The position numbers and the translations under genes are program-made. Below, piece by piece: positions 1 to 12,225 of a stretch of 64,000 nt of DNA. The notes beneath the pieces were generated by a model that saw only the letters and a list, made by a program, of their open reading frames with translations, searched no databases and had not been told where the DNA came from. The DNA is from an uncultured delta proteobacterium. Its GTDB lineage: Bacteria > Desulfobacterota > Desulfobacteria > Desulfobacterales > Desulfatirhabdiaceae. Where the stretch lies: positions 96,001-160,000 of the forward strand of contig CAWBKP010000010.1 in assembly GCA_963789395.1 (NCBI GenBank), read 5' to 3'. Within the stretch, counting starts at the first letter, position 1. Each line of letters opens with the position of its first letter.

Positions 1-165
1 TTCCTTTACAGCTTGAACACTTTCCCCAGCCTGTGATACATTGAAGTTACAAACGATCCTATTTCATGAATAAAAATCCAGACTTTAGACACGGGATTTT
101 GGATCGTTTTTTGCATATTTATAATTATAGGCTATTGTCTTTTTCTCCATCAACAGGACAACACC

Positions 166-1020
166 ATGACGAAAAGTCATACTATGGCATCTTTGTTCAG
201 AGAAAACAAGACTCTGTTCATTCTCATTGCCGTGGGTATTTTCTTAATCGAGCTTGAAATATTTGCCGTTGCCGCCATTAATTCCGGCAGAAAATCCTGG
301 CTTGAAATCAAGGATCAGCGGGGCAACATCATTCATGTGTCGGAAGGCAATAACCTGAGCAGCTTCAATAAATATTATTTTGAAAAAACATTCGGGCCGC
401 TGGAACAGTATCAGGTGAACTGGGTCTCTAAAGAGGAGCCATTTCCCTTTCGGGCCTGGTTTGCAGCAGCCATCGGTATCCCGGTTGGCGCCATTCTGCT
501 CTTCGGGTTTATCACGCGCGCGTTTGCCGCCCTGATTTATGGTGACAAGATCGCCGGCAGCATCACTGAAGAAGGCCCCAAACCCGTTGCCCAAAACCGA
601 CTGGAAACGCTGATGTCAAGCATCAGCCGCCTGAACATATTCGCCATTGGATTTCTGGTGCTGCTGGCCATGTTTACCTACTGGGTCGTGCCCAATCTTA
701 TCCTGTATATCGGCCAGGTGGGAATGGATACCATCATGCGCTATAAATGGTTTTTTCTGGCACTTGCCCTGATTCTTCTGGGAATTGTGGTATGGATCAT
801 CTATTTGCGCTATCTTCTGGCCAAAAAGGCCATAGACAGCCAGACCGAAGTTGAAAAATTCAGGCTTCAACTGGCGGCCGGCAACAGCCAGCCCCTGCAA
901 CTGGCATATTCGGAATTCGCGAAACTGACGGATGGCCCCGCGGTTGCTTCAGGGCGATCTGAAATATCCGACCAAGTTGCCCAGAAAATCGCAGAACCGG
1001 AAAAGACGCATCCCGTTTAA
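166..1020 (+). CDS. Hypothetical multi-pass membrane protein
   Basis: 284-aa ORF with about 4 hydrophobic segments and AGGA upstream of the ATG. A TTGAAC-N17-TACATT promoter-like sequence lies near 14-42. Confidence 0.75.
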   Translation: MTKSHTMASLFRENKTLFILIAVGIFLIELEIFAVAAINSGRKSWLEIKDQRGNIIHVSEGNNLSSFNKYYFEKTFGPLEQYQVNWVSKEEPFPFRAWFAAAIGIPVGAILLFGFITRAFAALIYGDKIAGSITEEGPKPVAQNRLETLMSSISRLNIFAIGFLVLLAMFTYWVVPNLILYIGQVGMDTIMRYKWFFLALALILLGIVVWIIYLRYLLAKKAIDSQTEVEKFRLQLAAGNSQPLQLAYSEFAKLTDGPAVASGRSEISDQVAQKIAEPEKTHPV

Positions 1021-1060
1021 GATATGACATTCCTGACTTTTTTATTTCAAGGAAATGTAA

Positions 1061-2359
1061 ATGCAGATTGTAACCACCCATAAAAATACCGATTTTGACG
1101 CACTGGCTTCCATGATAGCCGCAACCCTTCTCTTTCCGGAATCGGTTCCGGTCATTCCCAAATCCGTCAACCCCAATGTCAAGTCGTTCATTTCCATTCA
1201 CAAAGACATTTTAAATCTTCGCGAACCCGATGATGTTCCAATCGATGACGTAACGAGCATCATCATCGTTGACGTCAATACCTGGAACCGGATCGAGCGG
1301 TTCAACAAAATCAGCCAGAAAGAAGGCATTGAAATCATCCTTTGGGATCACCATGCCATTGAAGGCGACATTCAGCCAACCTGGAAATGCCAGGAAGAAA
1401 TGGGCGCCAACATCACGCTGATGATCCGGGAATTCCGGAAACGGCATATCAGCCTGACCCCGATTCAGGCCACGCTGTTTTTAACCGGTCTTTATGAAGA
1501 TACCGGAAATCTCATGTTTCCCTCCAGCAGGGCCGAAGATGCGTTTGCCGCCGGTTTTCTTCTGGAACAGAAAGCGGACCTGAACGTTCTGGGATCATTT
1601 CTGCGGCCGGCCTACGGGGAACGGCAGAAAAACATCCTCTTTGAAATGCTCCAGAACGCCGAAAGACTTCGGTTCAACGGCTACAGCGTCAGCGTCAACA
1701 AACTCGATATCCAGGGGCATGTGGACAGTCTGGCGGTTGTGGTGCGGATGTACCGGGAAATCCTGAACGTGGACGCCGCCTTCGGCATATTTTCGGACAG
1801 AGAGCGGGAACGCTGCATCGTCATTGGCCGAAGCAATGTGGACGGGTTGAACATGGGGATGATCATGAACAGCATGGGCGGTGGCGGCCACCCCGGAGCA
1901 GGTTCGGCCATGCTGAAATCCGTCAATCCAGAGGCGGTTGAAGCCATGATACTGGAGCTGATTCAGGGCAACCAGCAGGTTTCTGTTCAGATCAGCGACC
2001 TGATGTCCTTTCCGGTGGTGACCCTGTCGTCCGACACCACCATGGATCAGGCTGCGCATATTCTGCGGGAAAAAGGCTGCAGCGGCATTCCGATCGTGGA
2101 TGACGGGAAACTGGTCGGCATGATTTCCCGAAGGGATTTTCGAAAAGTCAAGGGGGCAAGCCGGCTGAAATCACCGGTTAAAGCCTTTATGAGTACAAAT
2201 GTGCTCACAATTGAGCCGGGCAAAAGCCCGATGCAGGCAGCCCGACTCATGGTCAAACACGATGTGGGAAGGCTTCCGGTGGTTGAAAACGGAACCATTA
2301 TCGGCATCATCACCCGGTCCGACACCATGCTCTATTTCTACGACATGCTGCCGGATTAA
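1061..2359 (+). CDS. DHH/DHHA1 phosphoesterase with a C-terminal CBS pair
   Basis: Motifs THKNTDFDALAS, VDVN, WDHH, YEDTG and GGGGHPGAGSA, followed by two CBS repeats. Confidence 0.9.
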   Translation: MQIVTTHKNTDFDALASMIAATLLFPESVPVIPKSVNPNVKSFISIHKDILNLREPDDVPIDDVTSIIIVDVNTWNRIERFNKISQKEGIEIILWDHHAIEGDIQPTWKCQEEMGANITLMIREFRKRHISLTPIQATLFLTGLYEDTGNLMFPSSRAEDAFAAGFLLEQKADLNVLGSFLRPAYGERQKNILFEMLQNAERLRFNGYSVSVNKLDIQGHVDSLAVVVRMYREILNVDAAFGIFSDRERERCIVIGRSNVDGLNMGMIMNSMGGGGHPGAGSAMLKSVNPEAVEAMILELIQGNQQVSVQISDLMSFPVVTLSSDTTMDQAAHILREKGCSGIPIVDDGKLVGMISRRDFRKVKGASRLKSPVKAFMSTNVLTIEPGKSPMQAARLMVKHDVGRLPVVENGTIIGIITRSDTMLYFYDMLPD

Positions 2360-2360
2360 T

Positions 2361-3406
2361 CTATGCTTTCAGTGACGCCGCCAGCCGGCGAAGCCCTTCT
2401 TCGGTGGAGACTTCCGGAACATATCCCAGATCCCTTTGAGCGGCGCGGATATCGAACCAGTGGGAGGTAGAAAGCTCCCTTGCGACAAACCGGGTCATCT
2501 GGGGCTCGCCTTTTAAAGCCAGTGCCTTGTAAAACCATTCCAGGACTGCCCCGATACGCATTGCCGCCTGCGGAGACATCGAGCCCTTCACCGGAGAAAG
2601 CCCGCCTGCATGAAGAATATCATCAATCATCTCCCAGAGAAAAACCGGCGTTCCCTGACTGATAAAATACACATTCCCGGATAGTTCCGGCTGTCGGATC
2701 AGGGCCGCTTCGGCAAGAAGGTGGGCTTTGGCCGCGTTATCTATATAAATTACATCCACCCGGTTTTTGCCGTCCCCGACTCGCCGGAGGCGTTTTGCCC
2801 GCTTGAGGATTCGCGGAACCAGATGATTGTCTCCCGGCCCCCAGATCAAGTGAGGTCTCAAGGTGACGGTTTTGAGCGCCTCCCCTGCCCCCTGCCATCC
2901 GCCATCCGCCGTCCGCAAACCGCGCCCCCCGCCTGCCGGACAGCCTGCTCGGCCAGTGCTTTGGTTTCCGGATAGGCGGCGTAATAACCGGCGGGATAGG
3001 GAGCGGTTTCATCCGCACCTTCCATATCTCCGCTGTCAAAGACAACGCTGGGCGAACTGGTGTAAATCAGGCGGGAAACCCCGCGGGATTTGCAGGCGGC
3101 AATGACATTAAGGGTTCCTTCCGTATTGATCCGGTAATAGTCCTTGTAATCCCCCCAGACACCGGCTTTGGCCGCCACATGATATACGGTGTCCACGCCT
3201 GTGACGGCATTTTCAACGGCAATCGGATTTGAAATATCACCCTGGATCTGTTTGACCCCCATTGCCGCCAGCTCCGGGTAATACCCCCTTGAAAAACTGA
3301 TGACCCTGTCCCCCCGCTGCAGCAGAAGCCCGACAATGGCCTTTCCCAGAAATCCGCCGCCGCCGGTAACCAGAACGGTCCGGGCTGAATCCCGTGGATT
3401 ATCCAT
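2361..3406 (-). CDS. NAD-dependent epimerase/3-beta-HSD family reductase, OleD-like (one frameshift near 2925)
   Basis: VLVTGGGGFLG, YTSSPSVV and YPETKALAE in ORF 2858..3490; LRPHLIWGPGD and the C-terminus in ORF 2361..2918. Confidence 0.85.
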
Positions 3407-3489
3407 CTCCCTTATTCCTTTCATGCACAGGCCGCCTCCCTGCAAGCAGCGGGCAAAACGCCCGCTCTCCCATTTTCCCCGTATAACCA

Positions 3490-4491
3490 TTAACCCGGAT
3501 TCAAGACTTTTTCCAGCTTCTGCAGATCCTGTTCCTGTCCCACGGCGATAACGGTGGAACCGGGCTCAAGTCGGGTCTCAAAGGAAGGGTTGAACATCAT
3601 GCTGCCGTCATTCTGTTTAATGGCGATGATGATTAAATTGTATTCCTGACGGATTCCGGAATTATTCAACATGACATTGGCCAGTGCGGATAATGGCCCT
3701 ACAGGAATTTCTTCCATTTTTATATCTTTGCGGTCGTATTTCAAGGCCAGGTCCAGAAAGCTCGTGACTGTCGGCCGGAGGATCCTTTGCGCCATGCTCA
3801 CAGCCCCAACCTCGTAAGGCGATTCAACGGCTGAAGCACCGGCGGCCAGCAGTTTGGATTTTGACTCCTTATAAATGGCCCGTGCCATGATATATAATCG
3901 GGGATTGAGCTGCCTTGCTGTCAAAACCAGAAATACGTTGTCCACATCGCTCCCCAGAACGGCAATCAGGCCTTTGGCTCGCTGGATGCCCGCCTTCAGC
4001 AGGGTCGTCTCTTCTGCCGTATCTCCGAACATGTGCAGCACCTTGTCTTCTTCCATGATCGGAACAAGATCCGGATTTTTTTCAATCACGACTACATCTA
4101 TCGGCTTTTGCCTGAGATTCAGACACAGAACCCGTCCGATTCGCCCATAGCCGCAAACAATATAATGATCTTCCAAACGGTCAATTTTCTTATCCAACCT
4201 GCGTCTCCCCAAGATGATTCGAATCCGGCCTTCAATCATGTATTGCATCAGTATCGCGCCTGTATATCCCAAAAAACCGACTCCCACTAATATCAGGAGT
4301 ATGGTATACATTTGACCGACGGAACTGAGTTGATGGACTTCTCCAAACCCCACGGTGGCAAGGGTGATCACCGTCATGTAGAGGGACTCCGGAAAACTCC
4401 AGCCTTCGATGGCCATGTATCCCCAGGAACCGCAGAGAATGATGGCAAATGTAATGAGAATAGAGATGATCAGTTGTCTGGTGCCGTCCAT
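3490..4491 (-). CDS. Potassium channel protein (pore + RCK-N/RCK-C, TrkA-type)
   Basis: Selectivity-filter-like TVGFGE, Rossmann motif CGYGRIG, C-terminal RCK-C. Start taken at MDGTRQL. Confidence 0.9.
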   Translation of the reverse strand: MDGTRQLIISILITFAIILCGSWGYMAIEGWSFPESLYMTVITLATVGFGEVHQLSSVGQMYTILLILVGVGFLGYTGAILMQYMIEGRIRIILGRRRLDKKIDRLEDHYIVCGYGRIGRVLCLNLRQKPIDVVVIEKNPDLVPIMEEDKVLHMFGDTAEETTLLKAGIQRAKGLIAVLGSDVDNVFLVLTARQLNPRLYIMARAIYKESKSKLLAAGASAVESPYEVGAVSMAQRILRPTVTSFLDLALKYDRKDIKMEEIPVGPLSALANVMLNNSGIRQEYNLIIIAIKQNDGSMMFNPSFETRLEPGSTVIAVGQEQDLQKLEKVLNPG

Positions 4492-4539
4492 GTCTGGGGA
4501 TATACGACATACGAGACAGTGAATGCAAGAGGATTTCCT

Positions 4540-5916
4540 GTGGAACCCATCTGGATTTATCATGTACTGCACAGCGGGCTTGGAATTGCCGCGCTGCTGA
4601 TTGCGCTGGCCACGTTGACCGTGGTATGGCGTCTTCGCGGGGTGCTTCAGTGGAAGCGGTCATTAAAACAAGAGTTCAAAGAATTGAAAGGTGCGCTCGA
4701 TTCTGCCGGGCCTTGCCGGCAACAGGCGATTCAGATCGTGCTGGATCGCTGCCAGGGAATCTGGAAAGCTGGGTTTCCGGAAATCAATGAAGTTTCCGGG
4801 TTTGCCGGGTATCTGCGGGACATCGCTGCCGCATTTCATCCGGATCAGGAAAAGCCGGAGCTTTGCGTGACCGCCGGAAGCCTGATCCGTGCTTCGCACA
4901 GTGCTATTGAGCGGCTTCAGGACATTCTGGCCAGGCCGGGGTTTTCACGGTTTCAAAAAATACGCATCCGGCATATTCGAACAGCCTGGAACTGGTACGA
5001 CAGAATCAGCAGGTATAGGGTGGTTCAGGCTTATATCCGCTACCGCAGATGGATCAACCACGTCAATGTGCTGAGGCTTATCCTGTTGCCGGACCCTTTC
5101 TCCTGGCTGATCTATCTTTCCAACCAGCTGACGATTCTGTCACTGACCCGTTTCTTTTTAATGGATATTTATCTGTTTGCCGGCAAGCAGGCGATTCTGG
5201 CATATGATCATGAATCCCGGACTGAGGCAATACCCCAGGATGCGGGGGAAATCGAAGCGGATCTATCGGAACTGGCGGAATTGATTGCGCCGGAATCTCA
5301 CCTGAATAATCCGCGAATCCAGGAGATCCGAAATCGCCTGGTAGGCGTCAATAGCCTCATTTTTCCACCTTCCGGATACTTGGAATGGAAAACGGGTTTT
5401 CAAGAAGCGATTCAGGTGATTGCCGGAACGTATTTTCCGGAAAGCCCGGCACCGGTTGACGAAGCCAGACTGGGTGCGATTCTGATCAGGTGCCGATACT
5501 GGCTGCAATCGGTTTCCGACACGGAGAATCTGCCGCTTTTCAGCCGTCTCCACCGCATTGAACTCAGGTACCTGTTCAGCGCCAAAGCAGTAACGGAACA
5601 CCCGCTCTTTCGGCACGCCGGAACTTTCGCAAAAAAATCATGGGACGTATATAAATGGATGCAATGGCCGCTGGTGATATTCCGGCTGATAAAAAAAACA
5701 ACGCCGGCAGGAATGGCCGCCAGCATGGGATGGGTCCTCGTTCGTAAAGGAGCGGTCAATTATCTGAGCCGAAGGGCTTTCGATATGACCATCAGGGAAA
5801 TAGAGACGGTTTATCGCCTGTCCCTGGAACCGGGAGACAGGCGACAGCATACAGAAGAAAATAGCAGGGAGACGGAGGAAGAAAGGGGCCGGAAGCAACT
5901 GCCTTCCGACCCCTGA
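4540..5916 (+). CDS. Hypothetical membrane-anchored protein with an internal duplication
   Basis: GTG start after AGAGGA, N-terminal TM helix, two similar halves (see findings). Confidence 0.7.
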   Translation: MEPIWIYHVLHSGLGIAALLIALATLTVVWRLRGVLQWKRSLKQEFKELKGALDSAGPCRQQAIQIVLDRCQGIWKAGFPEINEVSGFAGYLRDIAAAFHPDQEKPELCVTAGSLIRASHSAIERLQDILARPGFSRFQKIRIRHIRTAWNWYDRISRYRVVQAYIRYRRWINHVNVLRLILLPDPFSWLIYLSNQLTILSLTRFFLMDIYLFAGKQAILAYDHESRTEAIPQDAGEIEADLSELAELIAPESHLNNPRIQEIRNRLVGVNSLIFPPSGYLEWKTGFQEAIQVIAGTYFPESPAPVDEARLGAILIRCRYWLQSVSDTENLPLFSRLHRIELRYLFSAKAVTEHPLFRHAGTFAKKSWDVYKWMQWPLVIFRLIKKTTPAGMAASMGWVLVRKGAVNYLSRRAFDMTIREIETVYRLSLEPGDRRQHTEENSRETEEERGRKQLPSDP

Positions 5917-5920
5917 ATAC

Positions 5921-9553
<3,633 letters not shown>

Positions 9554-9562
9554 TCATTAGCC

Positions 9563-10384
9563 TTAAAACTGCTGCACCACCTGCGTTTTCTGAGGTTTTT
9601 TGACAAAAAATCCCAATGGATCAATGACTTCGCGAATCATCTTCAATTCTGTCTCTGTCGGAGGATCAAACGCCGATACTGCATCCATCAGCAGCTCAAA
9701 GCCTGTTGCAGCCTGAACGCTGGCGGCTGTTTCTCCGGGCAGGGTTTGAAGCAGTTTCATCCGGTTCGTATTTTCATCAAACCCTAAAATAGCCTTTGTG
9801 GTAATCACCCGATAAGGCCCTTTTCCAACCAGTCCCGCTTTTATTCTTGCACCGGGGCTTCCGTCCAGATAGCCGGGGCTGGTGATGTAATTCAGTTTTT
9901 TATTGAACCGCCGGAGCTCATGCGGCATGATTAAAATGGTCCGCTCACAGGAAGAAGCCATGTCGCTGGCCCCGCCACTGCCGGGAAGTCTGGTTTTGGG
10001 TTTCATGTAATCCTCCGGAAACTTCCCCATCATGGTGGAATTCAAGTTCCCGAACATATCGATTTCAGCACCGCCGACAAATCCGAAATCGCAAAATCCC
10101 CGCTGAGTCAGTTCAAACGCAGCGTTTAACCCCCTGACGTACGATGCGCCGCTCGATGTGCGGGAGTCTCCAACCGAAAACGGCAGGCCGCTCTCAAGCG
10201 TTGGGCCGACAGCGCCGGCTTCAAACACGGCGATAATGCCCGGTGCATGCGTTTTTTGCGCCAGGAGCGTTGCGATCATCGGAAGGCCCGTACCGACAAA
10301 TACCACTTTGTTGTCTTCCAGCACCCGCGAGCCGGCAATCACTATCATTTCCTGGGGAGTGTAGTCTGTACCGACAATTAACAC
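9563..10384 (-). CDS. gctB: Family I CoA-transferase beta subunit (glutaconate CoA-transferase B-like)
   Basis: VFVGTGLP, catalytic-Glu region VFEAG, GNLNST, RLPGSGGASD. Confidence 0.85.
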   Translation of the reverse strand: MLIVGTDYTPQEMIVIAGSRVLEDNKVVFVGTGLPMIATLLAQKTHAPGIIAVFEAGAVGPTLESGLPFSVGDSRTSSGASYVRGLNAAFELTQRGFCDFGFVGGAEIDMFGNLNSTMMGKFPEDYMKPKTRLPGSGGASDMASSCERTILIMPHELRRFNKKLNYITSPGYLDGSPGARIKAGLVGKGPYRVITTKAILGFDENTNRMKLLQTLPGETAASVQAATGFELLMDAVSAFDPPTETELKMIREVIDPLGFFVKKPQKTQVVQQF

Positions 10385-10393
10385 GTTAATTCC

Positions 10394-11407
10394 TTACAAG
10401 AGTCTTTCAAAATTTCTCAGCTCTGAATGATGTTCTTCCATGATCTTCCGCACCGGAAACATGTCAATAAAACCCCCGAAGTCCTGAACACCGAAAATGT
10501 ATTGTTCATAATAGGCTTTCAACGGTTTGAAATCTTCCCTTGACAGGTGTTTGGCAAGTGCATGAAAGGTTGCAATATGCTCTTTGTTAAAATAGTAATA
10601 TCTGCGGCTGCTGGTCGGATACGCCCCGAAGGGAACCTGGACCACCGCATCCACCGCAAAAAATGGAATGGCGACATCGCGGGGTTTTCGGGTAACCATT
10701 TCATGCGGCACGATCTGCTCGCAGGTGACAATGGTATGGGCCGCTGCCATGGCCATTTCCGGGCATGTGGCTTCTGTTCCCCGAATAATACAGTTGCCGT
10801 ATTGATCCGCTGATTGCACATGAAGGATCGCAACATTCGGGTGACTTGCCGGAACCAGCACAACCGGGGTTCCGGTAAAAGGGCAATCCATTATTTTAGC
10901 CCGGCATTTTTCCAGAATATCGCTTCCCAAAGGCCCGCGCGTTGGAAGAAACGGCAGCCCCATTGCACCGGCCTTGAACCGGGCGGACATGTTGTAGTTG
11001 CTCCAGTCTTCCAGCTCCAGCATTCCGCGCTCGGCAAGATAACGAAAAACCGGAGACAGACCAAAAGATTCATGCGCCCAGTAGGCAAATTCAATGCGCT
11101 TGATAGAAAAATGATCCGGCGCAATCGCCATGGCCCCACCCAGATAATCCATTGCCATACCGCTGGATTGAAAGGAAAACGTCATGTCCTGAAAGCCATG
11201 CCGGATCATTTCATGACAGATGGCAATCGGCTGACGGATATTGACAAATCCCCCAATCGCCACGTTATCCCCATCTTTAATAAAGGTGTCCACCGCCTCT
11301 TTTAAAGTCGTGCGCTTGTCTTTTTTGGATTTATCCTTGTTAACCAGCGCCGCCCTTGCTTCATCCGGCGTCAAACCTGTCCAGAACATAAAAATCCTTT
11401 TATTCAA
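10394..11407 (-). CDS. gctA: Family I CoA-transferase alpha subunit (glutaconate CoA-transferase A-like)
   Basis: IKDGDNVAIGGF, RFKAGAMGLPFLP, AILHVQSADQYGN, VDAVVQVPFGAYP. Exact start is uncertain. Confidence 0.85.
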   Translation of the reverse strand: MNKRIFMFWTGLTPDEARAALVNKDKSKKDKRTTLKEAVDTFIKDGDNVAIGGFVNIRQPIAICHEMIRHGFQDMTFSFQSSGMAMDYLGGAMAIAPDHFSIKRIEFAYWAHESFGLSPVFRYLAERGMLELEDWSNYNMSARFKAGAMGLPFLPTRGPLGSDILEKCRAKIMDCPFTGTPVVLVPASHPNVAILHVQSADQYGNCIIRGTEATCPEMAMAAAHTIVTCEQIVPHEMVTRKPRDVAIPFFAVDAVVQVPFGAYPTSSRRYYYFNKEHIATFHALAKHLSREDFKPLKAYYEQYIFGVQDFGGFIDMFPVRKIMEEHHSELRNFERLL

Positions 11408-12035
11408 AAAGCGGCATTTATCACCGTTTTAACCTCCGAATCGATCCTCCATATCCGCCCTTTTTCAATGAAAGAAAGCAAATTGATTCGGACATAGCAT
11501 TATTTTGACGGAACAATGATCGTGGGTCAATAAACAAAAAGTGATATGATCACCAACCGAATTTCAATATTAATAACTTTGTTACTTTAAATATTATCGT
11601 TGACTTTAAAAGCGCCCATATAATTTTACATAATATTGTTTTTATTATATAATATACGTTTACCTATTTTCAATACATCTTGAATTACATAATAATATTC
11701 AATAGACATAACAATATTATCTATTGATATCATTGATATTATAATATTATCCCAAATTGCGATAATAAATAAACGTAACGTTGTTTCATTTTTGATATAT
11801 GAATGAAATTATTCTGTCAAGTGGAAAGAATTTTATTTCCAGATGTAAGCTGATTTGTCAAAAAAATGATGAAACCGTAACAATTTTTGTCGAAGTCTTA
11901 TTGAATACCTGCTTTCAGGAGAGAAATCGGTTCAATCCGCCAGCAATAAATTTTCTCAGGAAAATTAATGTGCGCACAGCCTGATATTTGTCATGCATCG
12001 GGCTGATGATGGAGTGCATTTTATTGAAAGCTTAA

Positions 12036-12051
12036 TGGCGCAATAATTGCA
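12036..12051 (+). promoter_or_regulatory. Sigma54 (-24/-12) promoter
   Basis: TGGCGCAATAATTGCA matches TGGCAC-N5-TTGCA with correct GG/GC spacing, about 30 nt before the riboswitch. Confidence 0.75.
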
Positions 12052-12080
12052 TCCAGGACTTCAGCTAAATACTATTTTTT

Positions 12081-12171
12081 CGTCTGATAAAGGCAAACCA
12101 TCCAAAAGGGTGGGACGCAAAACTTCTGGCCTAAGTTCCTTTCAGGAATAAGGCAGCAGGGTCACCGGGCG
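12081..12171 (+). ncRNA. Cyclic di-GMP-I (GEMM) riboswitch
   Basis: GGCAAACCATCC-AAAA-GGGTGGGACGCAAA...TCTGGCCTAAG...GGCAGCAGGGTCACCG is colinear with the Vibrio Vc2 aptamer. It lies in the 5' leader of a surface-protein gene. Confidence 0.92.
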
Positions 12172-12225
12172 TGAACAGGCACTTTCTTTAATGCCTTTCT
12201 GCCAGGATGCATTAAGGAGGTGTTT

